Assembly (NCBI GenBank): GCA_013115125.1 | Contig: JABANN010000234.1 | Span: forward strand, 1-48,790 | Length of the DNA: 48,790 bases | Reading direction: 5' to 3' | Origin: Perkinsus olseni | Taxonomy: Eukaryota | In this document: in pieces, positions 1-10,755 of the stretch | Position numbering within the stretch: the stretch's first letter is position 1 | How the letters are laid out: each line of letters opens with the position of its first letter | Made by a program: the position numbers and the translations under genes | The notes under the pieces: model-generated | The model's database searches: none | The model's input: the letters and a program-made list of their open reading frames with translations, nothing else | Told to the model about the DNA's origin: nothing

Positions 1-140
1 CTTTATTAAATTGCTCTGGGGTTTTACTAATTTGGTCTGGGGTTTTACTAAGTAGGTCTGGAAATGGTGTAGTTCAAACTCGATTATTCCGCACGCCCAA
101 AGATACCATGCAAGAAGGGGAATACGCTCTTGTAGCATAC

Positions 141-3100
141 CCGAAGTATTTGGTCGCCCCGTAATTGACACCAAAGAAGACTTTATGCCGACTGGGCCAC
201 ACCGCTTCGCGAAACTGGCTCAACGTTATTCGTATCTTGTAGCTGCCTGGTCCATCGAACGGAGCTTGCTGGAGCGCCGCCTGAGGAAGTTCAGACCAGC
301 GGCGGGCGAGGGCATCTGCCTCGCACGAATTGAGGGCGCCAATGTACATGCGTACACGTGAAGTTGATCGATTTTGGCGAATTAGCTATTCTAGTAGGCG
401 CCGGTCTTTATACATTGGCTCTTTCCGGTCTATCATGCTCGCCAATCGTGGACTATAGTGAGTCGGACGGGTTCCGTCCTAGCAGAGACATAAGACTCCT
501 CTATCTATGCCACCGAGCGCCTCCTACGACTACATTTACCTGGCCTTTTCGAAGGACCAGCGAGTTGCCCGCTTCTATGGCTCGGTTACTCTCCATCAGC
601 ACAAACCTGCACGACGATTCTTCGTTGCCGATCCGTTGAAAGCAGCAACTTAGAAGAAAATCGTAACAAAAGAATTGCGAAGATACTATTGTTCATTGAA
701 GGCGCCTTGCGAACAGAAAGACGTGGCCAACTGAACTACGCAGTGGTCGTAGTATTAACGTTTCATTTACCGAGTATTGGTCCCTTGTTATTCAGTGATT
801 GTAATCCTTTAAAACACACTTGAATATTCGCCCGTTGAGCAGAAAAGGTTATGTAGGGGCATGCATGAAGGAATATCATTTGGATCGATTCCCTCCTTTA
901 GAGAAGGTGCAAGGTATCTGTGTAGACCTCACACAAACTCCTCCTGAGCTTCCTTGGCCTCCTTCTCCGAGGGAACTCTCTCTCCGACCAAGGATACCAT
1001 GTCCTGATCACGAGACATGCACAACGCTGCTGTCAATGGGAGGTGTACGTCCTCCTTAAACCGGTGCGACCTCGGTAGTTTCCGATGGCCAATATCTTCG
1101 ATATCTAATAAGACCGTCTCTGTCAACTGTATTCGGGCGGAGTTCGCTCACTCGTAGCGGCCCGCAGGAGTTTGCTGCGAAGCGCCGGCGGTCCGGACAT
1201 CTTTTTGTTGTAGTCGCTCTTGAAAGGTTCTTGCCTGAGCATCTTAGCCCGAATGGAAACATGTCCCTACTCGGCTAGACGATCGGTGGCTCTGAGGGTT
1301 TCTAATACCGATTCTGAAACTCGGAAGAGACTCCGGAACCGCGGCACTTTACGTGTAAAAATCAAGTCAATTCTGAGTTTCTAAATCGGTTCATTAACCC
1401 GGGGGTCGAGCAACGTCCCCATCGTCCTAGTGATTCTGAGGTAGTTATTCGTTTTAAATATTGAGGACTTTTCGGCAAGCCCACGGTACCGGTAGCAACG
1501 CATAAGCCTGGCCATCTCCTCCTTCGACTTGTCTCCCTGGGCATTCCACCTCTCGATCAGAAGGAGTATCTCATCCTCGTTCGCCACCGCCACCCCGTCC
1601 GAATCCAGGATGGCTTCCACCTAGGGAACCGAGGTATCCTGCTCTTGTACTGTAAGTGTGGCTAGAGTAGTTAACCGAGCTCTCCTTATACAGCGCGCTA
1701 CAATGCGCACGTCTCTAAAAACGAACAGGAATCATGCAGTTAATTGCTGTAGATTCTTTGGCCGTTGCTAACGAAAGTGGTTGCAGAACGGAGTCTGTTC
1801 GTCCTAGTTCTACAAGATAAGTTCAGTGCAACCCATCACGAGCATGGGTTAATCTTGGATACGATTCCGGTCAAGTTACTGGCCGGATCACGGGTAAAGT
1901 TCCTCCTGGTCCTAGAAGGTACAAGAGCCAGGCAATTCATCACAACCATGCGTCAACATTGGATACGTTTCCCGTACTGTGCGCTATGCTCATCACAATT
2001 GTATTTCTTGGCTGTCTCTGTCACACAATAGGAAAAGTAGTAGGCCGTCTAGCGTGGAGTATATTCGCGCTCCTCGACTGAATACTGTAGTTGTGCAAGT
2101 GAACGACTATGGAACCTATGCTTAGCCGACGCTAGTAGATGATCCTATGAGATAGAATCACAGGACAAGTGAATCGCATCAGGAAAGTTAAGGTTGTTAG
2201 CAGTAACCCTTGAAAGAAGTCGATTCAAGTGGCTGCTCAGACAAAGTGTGCAGTTGTGCAAGAGCACAACTATGTAACCTAGGCTTAGCTGACGCTAGTA
2301 GATGATCCTATTACTGTAGTTTAGGTTCGAAGATAGAATCTCAGGATTGAATCCTGAGGATTCCACTAAACCATTGACTTGAGTTCCCTAATGGCTAAAA
2401 AAATACTATCATCATTCGGATCATTATCATAGGCCTTCGATGACATTATCATTCTTATATTCGCTAAGGTGTCGAACATCCCTGCTGGGCAACCGACCAG
2501 ATCGACGTTAAGACTCGACCATCTGGCGTCCTTCGTCACTGCACGGTACTGCCTCCGATCGGACAAGGTGTCGATCACCACGCGTCTACCACAGATGCTC
2601 TCCCAGTCGATCATACTGCGGCTTCACCTCAGCCTTTCGGCAAAGATTTTCTCCCCGATTTTCCCAAGGTAGTGTTCAAACTGGAAGAAAGCGTCGGCGA
2701 ACAGACTTGGGCCGCAAGTTTGACAGCAAGTAGAGTGGAACCATCGAAGACACTTCTCGAAGAGGGTATCAATGGCGTACCTGTAGAGCCAAGGTCACAA
2801 TATCCAACCAGCTCGATAAAGAGCTGAAGAACCCCCCCCACCCCCCCCACCCCCCCTCACTTCACCCCTGCCGCGCTGCCTGCAATTTCGAGCGGGGTTG
2901 AAATTCCGTTGAATCGTCCAAAATGTGGTCGAGAATGAGAACCGCCAAGAGCTCAGAGTAACAGTGATATATAGGATTCTTGGCTAACTGGCAGCAATTC
3001 CGAGCGTCACTGGAGCCCGCCGGACGACAAAACTTCGAGAATGAAGAGTGCCGCCGAGATCTTGGTATGCTGTTCATGCTGGCAACGCTAACGAAGATGA

Positions 3101-4731
3101 TTCTCTTTGTACGATGAAAGTTTCAAATAGCCTCAACACTGAGGCGTGGAAATGAAAGATCAATTTCAACGCTCTAACATCCTCTCTCCATGAACAGGCT
3201 ATAAGAGGGTAATGTGTTGGCAAGACTGATGAAGCTTCGCAATACCAAAGCGCTGAATTCCAACGGGAAACTTGCTACTGAAATTACTGCAACGTATCCA
3301 AGGTCGACCCTCACCTGTCAGCCAGGAGAAAGATATCTTTTATGCTTTTAACCTGAGAAATCGAGCCATGGATGAAAGAAACCATACATGCACGGAAAAA
3401 CGAAAAATAGCGAAAAAAATACCGATAAATTTTGCAAATCAATATGCAATAGCAGGAAAATCGTAGCCTATGAATGAGTAGCTCTCAAGCTGGTCACGCA
3501 CTGGTCACCTTATCTTGTCTTTCCACCTCCGTCTGATGGGGCATCTCATCAAAGTAATACATACTTCCGCAATAAATGAATCTTAGTACCTACCATCGAG
3601 CAGTCCGTCAACTTCTCTTACCAGTGAGGGACACACCTCGGCCAGTTGCTCGTAGTTTCCGTAGGGGACTTCGTATCGCTCAGGCAGGGCGAAGTAGTCC
3701 GGTCGAGTAACCGAGCCCGCCGATCCGGCTATCTGCGATACCGGAAGTGCACTGTAGTGAAAAAAAGGGAGCGGACCTCGGATCTCGTGCTCACTCCCGA
3801 TCCGAACAGCGCCAAAGATCGTCCAGCTAGTCCGCCTAACTTGCCGAAGTCGGATCTGGAAGAAGGGAGTGATACCCGACCGGCTGAGGGATGGATCGAT
3901 CCAAACGAAGAGAAATAAGATAAAGTTTTCATGACGCAAAGCCGAACCCCGAGCGTGCCATATCAGGCAAGATCGAAAAAAATCGTACATGCATTCTGCT
4001 CAAAATTAGGTCAGAATACAGCCTTCCATTGGGTTTGATCGACCAGTATTCACCATCTCACTTTACGTAGTTCGAAAATACAAAAATAAGCTTTACATAG
4101 TTATTATCGTGTTATCTTCTCTGCCATTGTGAATCATTGCCGACATTTGCTATGGTCTCCGATGTTTGATAATTTCCCTGGGAATTTGAACATGATAATT
4201 TTGATTAATTTAATTTTGAGTTTTTTGGATGATTTTCAGGAAAAAAAGGGGAGCTGAATACTCCAATATAATCTCAATTTTTGTCTATAAGGCCTGTCCG
4301 ATGATACCAAAATTAACATAAAGATGGGCCATCAAAGGCCATCCCCGATCGTCGCGGAGCTCTCCCACCTGCTGCACTTACTGAGAGAATCTTGAGTATT
4401 TGATATCCTTCAAAATATGTTTCCGCGTCTCGATCGAGTTCCGAACGAAGCTCTGATACACAACAAGCAGCGCATGAGGTCGTTTTTGCTGTCACGTGAA
4501 TTGCGTAAAAGTTGGTATAGAATTGAATAATAGATGATTCTACCAACGCTCCCATCAGTCAAGCGTTTAGACTTTCTCGCCTTCAACGTTCTCGCTAGTC
4601 TTAGACTATCAATTTGTCGCCATCGCTCCCACGAATTTGATTAGGAATTGTAATGGCCTTACTTCGTGCGTGACGACGGGCTCGTCGATTGGACTGCCAC
4701 GATGCAAGGAAGTCCCTTCATTCCGGATCTT
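141..4731 (-). CDS. Multi-exon BTB/POZ-BACK domain protein (partial; continues past the left window edge, 5' end uncertain)
   Basis: GT-AG splicing of exons ~3795-3855, 3637-3732, 3509-3589, 3315-3352, ~2628-2780, ~2498-2585 and ~1490-1620 gives ...EQLAE-VLRFIYCG...DK-VKSIKDIFLLADR-YAIDTLFEKCLRWF...AVTKDARWSSLNVDL-VEAILDSDGVAVANEDEILLLIERW. This matches the BTB (LxFIYxG; LLADxYxIxxLxxxC) and BACK (LLxSDxLxVxxEEEVxxxVxRW) signatures. Further in-frame exons can be traced down to ~141-281 and up to ~4731, with less certainty. Confidence 0.75.
2051..2398 (+). repeat. Dispersed non-coding repeat copy with an internal partial duplication, in the BTB gene intron
   Basis: The block gttgtgcaag...ctatg.aaccta.gcttagc.gacgctagtagatgatcctat occurs twice (~2091-2150 and ~2253-2311). 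The whole unit, including ...ggattccac...aaccattgacttgagttccctaatgg, matches the reverse complement of ~14375-14544. Confidence 0.85.
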
Positions 4732-6659
4732 CTGCAGGAACCCTCCGCCTCGGGAGAGCAGGACAATAGAGTGGCATCTGATGACGCTGTTGCTCAAGGG
4801 CTCGGCAACAGGCCGAGGGCCGCTAGGGATGCCAGGTTAATTCCGTTGGTCATATCTTGCTTCGACAAGAAGCTAAGCTAAGTGGCGGATGATGACAAGA
4901 AGACAGCAGATGCTAGACTGCATTTTAGACAGCGAAGCCTTCGATTCTCACAAAGCGAGAATCGAGCGATGCGATGTCTTTCTTAATATCGCGAGTGAAA
5001 CTTAAGTGACTGTAATCCCCCTCCTCAAAGCGCCTCGCGTTCTACGTCCGCCAAATGCGACTTCCGCGCTGTGAAATGGGAAACGACTTTTTCATTAGTA
5101 TTTTTCGTATCGTGAGAGGAACTCCAATAATCCCGGGGAAATGGTCATCCCAGTCCATGGCGGCCTACCGGAACATCGGCCCATCTCTGATCTGCAGCCC
5201 AACGTCGCCGCTGCCCGTTTCTTGAAAAATCTCCTGAACAACAGCGGCGCTACAAAGCATGAATTTTCAATAACGAACCAGGAAATCTGTCGCTTCTTCG
5301 CTATCACTGCGTATATGAGATACAAATTTAGGAATATCGAATTATGACAAAACCGTGATATCGATACCGACAACCATGGACACAGTTAACCTATAATGTT
5401 ACGATACCAGTACGCACGCGTCTTCTCACCCCTCTGCACTGTCTACATAACACAATCGAGCTGTGCTCAGACTAGCTTCGCATTATCAACCCATTCCCTC
5501 AACTACTCCACTTTCTATCTGTTCTATCTCGGTCACTATGAGCCCAATCTACTTATGTTGTGTTCTACAGCTACACCTACTGCAACGAGATAGTGCATTT
5601 TCCCTCTCACCGTGAACAGCCTTGCCTCCGCGCTCAAGTCAGCGTCTCCAGCTGTCCGGCCGTTATTATCTGCCAAGTCAAAACACATTCGAGTATGAAG
5701 CAGTGCGCCCTCCATGTCCATACGGGAAACGGGCGAGAGGATGCGAAAATGGATAATGCTCCTCGACGGAGCGAAGTTTTTGTACAGAAAATAATTTGTC
5801 GAAAAATCCCCGAACAATGGGAAGGGCTCAGGGCGGCGGGGATTGTCTTTGCCTACGTTGGGCGCTGTTAGCTGGATTCAGCATCTCTATGAAGGCGCGC
5901 TTCTGGACCGTCGGTGACTCGGACATTTTCAACAGACGTGATACAGCCCTCCATTGGGATTTGACAATTCAATTTTCCAAGCATCTTTTTTCAATTATCA
6001 CGGGCATACGATTCAGTAAGTGGCGAATCTGGAGATCTTTAATACGCGAAGAATGTTCGCGTATAAACAACCACTCGTTAGTCGGCTGAAGACTGAAGGG
6101 TAAACTTGGGCGTCGGTTGATCCAGACGCCGTCTGGATTGTCCCCTCAATGATGTGGTGCATCCGTTGAAAGAAGTTCGGGTTGGAACTCCTTTTCAGGT
6201 GAGGATAATCCTACCACAAATCCACCAAATTAGCGGTGGGCAGTGGCAAGCACTATGTGGTGGTCTATTGATGATGAGGAGCTCAACACACCGAGCCTTA
6301 TCTCGAGGAGACGTTGCTTCACACTTCATACTTAACATGATAGAGAGCTGGACAAGTCGATCGGACCTGAGAGACTACGACGGTGCTTACACATATACTA
6401 AAGACTTGATAACGGGACTTCCACGACTTAAGGATGCCTCCTGAAACGCCTGGAGGAGCTGACATAAGCAGTCCCATTCATGGCAACAAGTCGTGGAAAA
6501 TAATAATTTTTTTTCCGAAAAAAGGAAAATTTGCAAATATTCCGGAATTTTGACCATTATCGAAGCCCTCCAGAAGCAATCTTCTCGTTTATCTCCCTCA
6601 TCGTTCGCCTTCCTCCCACCCCACCTTAAACTGTTCTTCATATTCCGTCGTCCTCCGGT

Positions 6660-9600
6660 TCAAAAATCATCGTCATCAAGCAGGCGAACCTGCCACCCTC
6701 AGCGAGGATCATCCGCACACCCAGCCCTCCTCCCTACGCTAGGCGCGTTGCCAGGTTCTGCAGTCGTGGTCTGATTCTCAGGCAGCGGAGGAGGGGTAGT
6801 GGTCGGATTCCTCAACTTCTCCCATTCCTCGTACGTAACGAAGCGAGGGACGATGAAGATACTCCTAGTATTCGGGCAGCCTCTGAAGAAGTGACGACAG
6901 GCTTTTATGAGTGTGAAAACATCATTGACGGGAGATCTCAGGACCTCATATCAGCTTAACGCTGAGTCGTGTATTCAGCTGTGTTGTCTCTAACGCTAGA
7001 CGGAATTTTATATCACCATACACTACACCCACGAGTTTTATCCATGGCCCAGTCGTATCAGCGCAGGTGAGCCCACTGCGGCCTGATCGACAGGCGTAGC
7101 GTTACGCCATTGAAGCGAGGAAAGTTGAATGAACGAATTTGCCCCTACATTAAGCCGGGCATCCTCTCAAAGGCTGTGTTGCCTTTCTAGCGCTAGATGG
7201 ATTTCCATTCAATTACCATTTTAACTATAAGTTTGAGATGGATATCCACTTCAAACAGGGCGGTTCTCCTATTCAAATCATAGTACAGCTAACAACTTCT
7301 GCAGCAAAATCGATAGGGTCAATCGCCGCCCCCCCCCACCCCGCTCACCGTTTGTTGATGGATCCGTCGTAGAGAGACTCCCTCACATAGCCCGGAATGC
7401 ACCAGCATACTTGACGCTTATGATACCAGTTGTAGGGACACCATTCCGGTGGTGCCTTGTCCGTGTACCCTAATCAAGTGCGGTCGATGGCGAGCAGCAT
7501 ATTTCCCGTAGAGCGCAGACGAACACAAGAAGTTGTGGTCGTGTCCTGACTCATGACCGAACCGAATTGAGGCTCTCTCCATCGGACCAGCGTCGAGTGC
7601 AAATCGTAGCAAATTTTGGACTTATACGACGAAGCCCGCCATGTTGTAAGATTCGGGACGAAGACACGGATATAGATAATCGCCGCCAGCCATGAGCCTT
7701 CGAGACTGCATTTTCTTCACAGCTCGCGTGCTGGTGTTCGGCAGACTTCCCCTCGCATTCGCGCGGTGTCCGACCAGAAATTGGGTTAGTCAATGTGTCA
7801 TTCAGTATCGCATCCGACGGCCTCGCATGCTCGGTTCATCCGAAGGGTACGGTTACAACGATTTACACTTACACGACAGAGCTCGCCATGTTGTAAGATT
7901 CTCAGTACAGGTCGGGTCGAGCGGTGGACCGTGCGGCGGTAGCGCAACGAAGCGAGGTCTTCGTTCGAAACAACTGCGAGGAGGTCTGTGTCATCGTGGC
8001 AAGCGGAACACAAACGAACGCGGAGTTTGTTCCTACTCAAGCACAACAAGAGAAACGTATCGGAGAGCTAGCCGACGAGGAAGCGTCAAGACCTCAATTT
8101 TTGACGTTGGTAGCAGATCCATGCCGATTCATTTTTTGCGTCAATATCTGATGAGTCAAATTCCTGCATACTACGACCAATAGAGGGTACATCTACCCAC
8201 GGCATTTCCCTCAGATGGCGCATCTGTAGTATATCTGACATTAGGCCTACTGAGTTCAGAATCAAAGGGTTATTCGGTCTTAGGCTCTGATAAGGTCTTA
8301 TTCACTCTCGAGCCACATCAGCAAGAATCTCGACCAAAAAACGTCTCTATTGCGGTCGATAAAATTTCCATCCCAACGACGGAACGATGAAGGCCATTGA
8401 CTCCTCAGGGCTCACAGCCAATCCCTGTCTTTATGGCCGTGGTTGTTGCCATCATCTCCAGGGTCCATCATGCAGTCTGCAACACATGACATCGACAAAA
8501 TGTGAACCATCGGGCAAGATTTTCCCCTCGCGCCTCGGCATACCCTAGGAGATTCGTCCCATGGCGAGGAAGTAGTCCGGACCTCGGCCGAGATGACAAG
8601 GCTTACTACCGGTAACTAGCCTTCAGAATAGTCTTTTTGTGTGAAAAAGAAAAATTATTAATTTAACGGAATTGCACGGAAATAACGAAATTCGTGCAGA
8701 AATTGCCGTCAGACACGTAAACTGGTTCGAGTGACAAGTGGAAGTGGCCAGCAAGATAGCAGTGCTTGCGCTCCCTACCGTATTTCCGAGGAGATCCGCT
8801 GAACTCTCTCTTCCGTTGATGCTTCTCATGCAGTCTTATACAGAATCTAAGGTCAAAGCATGCTCGAGACATTTGCGGTTCTTCAGCATCAGCAGATAGA
8901 TAGCGAGCGAAGAGAAAGAACCTAGAGTTTTTTTGGTCGTAGAAGGTCTCAACGGCTGAATTCACATCAAGCTCACTCGAAACAAGAGAATTCCGAAGAC
9001 AATAACGCAGGAAGAATAACTTTTGTACGAGACCAGCTTTCCCGCACCAAGTCAGCAAACCAGACGCGATTGCTAGTGAATCGGTCAGCCATCATCCTCT
9101 GACCGGCGCAGAGGATTTTTCAAGCTAAAACTCCTACCATAACTTTCGGAGATCTACGAGTCCCTTCAGTCTTATAAATAAAGACAGTTGCGAGGTTACA
9201 TTAAACTTTAATGACTAATGTAGCTCGGAACAGAGACAGGAACTGGAGCAGGATGAAATAATGTATCGTAGTTGTGAGTCCGACTCACAACGAGGGATCC
9301 GGGAGTTTGCGCCACGGAGAATAGCTTATCAGGTTCTAAATATACGCCTAATTCGCCTATTACTCAGTGAAAATTTCGCCTTCTCTTTTACTCGATTCAT
9401 AGGCTGGACCGTCGATTTAAAGGTAAAAATTGCTTTGCTTCAAACGTACCCCCCAGGCATACATTTATACGCCTGAATTGGTCCCTGACGGCCCGTCACA
9501 ACTTGTGACGGCTAAGATGATCCTTCAAGAAGCTAAAACTCATACCATAACTTTCGGAAATTCACGAGTCCTTCTCGTCTTACCTGTAGATAGCATCCTT

Positions 9601-10342
9601 GCGGCCACCGCGATAGTGCTTGGCATCGCCCCACACCCCAGGCTTGCAGTCGATGATATGCTTGTGGTAGTCCTTATTACTCTTTCTTACGAATCCTCCG
9701 CGATCGACCGCCCCTCGGCCGTTGGCGTAGGGCGAATAATCGATGCCTTTGGTGATTTCTAGGATCCGTGGCTCCCCTGAGAGAGAACTGGGATCCTCAC
9801 GAACCTTCTCCGACTTCAACGCGGGAGTCGGAGTTGCGGTTGTTACGGTATTACTATAAATCTTAATTAGATTTAAAATAAGACAAAAAAAGATTAAAAA
9901 AAATCTGTAAATAAGATTATCTTATTGACAGCATTACCTGACTTTTTTATCTGATCTTATTCACTAGAGCATCTTTTTTAATTTTCAACAATTATAAAAA
10001 TTGCGAAAAATTCTGAAAGAAAGTAGGCCAAGCGATAGCAAATTTAGCGTTTTCTGAATAGTTACCGTCACGGTCGAGAAGGTATTTCATCACTCACTTT
10101 TACGCTCACGCTGCGGTCGTGAGGAGGAACTTTTATTTTACGGGAAATTTTTATATATACGCCATTTTACCGCTGCCGCAAGAAAAGGGCTTAGCATCTG
10201 TCGCTCGAGCGGCGACGCCGGGAATGAGCATTCGAACCTCCCGTCGGCTACATTTCCTCTCGTTTCCCTTCACCTTCAAGAAACTACCGGAAGGAGTAAC
10301 AAGGAGTGCGAGGATGGCGATGGGGGGAGTTGAAGAACGCAT
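6660..10342 (-). CDS. Secreted Cys/Trp-rich hypothetical protein, paralog A (multi-exon)
   Basis: Exons 9584-9776, 8779-8846, 8416-8476, 7873-7973, 7349-7469, 6738-6882 and 6660-6689 splice in phase: EPRILEITKGIDYSPYANGRG...YR-FCIRLHEKH...KY-DCMMDPG...RDWL-CFERRP...LPPHGPPLDPTCT...-WYTDKAPPEWCPYNWYHKRQVCWCIPGY...-GCPNTRSIFIVP...-VRLLDDDDF*. A signal-peptide-like start MRSSTPPIAILALLV begins at 10342. The 5' exon joining is uncertain. Confidence 0.75.
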
Positions 10343-10755
10343 GCCAAGAGAAAGGCGCTATCCTGAAGTATCGAGGAGAAGACAACACCTTCTCGCTACG
10401 AATAAGTCACGCTCAGACTACAACAGATTAGAAGTCCGACAGCTGCAAAAACTGCATTTTTTCGATTAGTTGTGCTGGGAACTTACACCATTCAAGAGCT
10501 GTTTAGTCCCACCGTAGATGCATTCTTGCATCTCGAACCTTTTCCACAGTGAATATTATTCATACCACAACATCCGCAATCAATTAATTCGAATCAGCCC
10601 GAGCGAGTCCATACCAGCCAGCGGTGCGGCAGCCCATTGACATGAACAATCTAACACCACCCGCACTGCAAAGGATACGGAAAAGATGCTGATAATGCAC
10701 ACCAGCAGCAGGACACTTCATACTTAACCGACCGCCCTTGTAGCGGCGATCCAAA

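Noticed and set aside
16-51. Two copies of ctggggttttactaa as telomeric or CRISPR-like repeats
   Set aside because: Only two short adjacent copies inside a predicted intron at the window edge; no array or spacer structure, and the context is eukaryotic.
1267-1269. Apparent in-frame TAG in the BTB gene (stop readthrough or alternative genetic code)
   Set aside because: The TAG works as the splice acceptor once a small upstream exon (~1401-1437, ITRTMGTLLDPR) is included. The long ORFs in the window read normally in the standard code.
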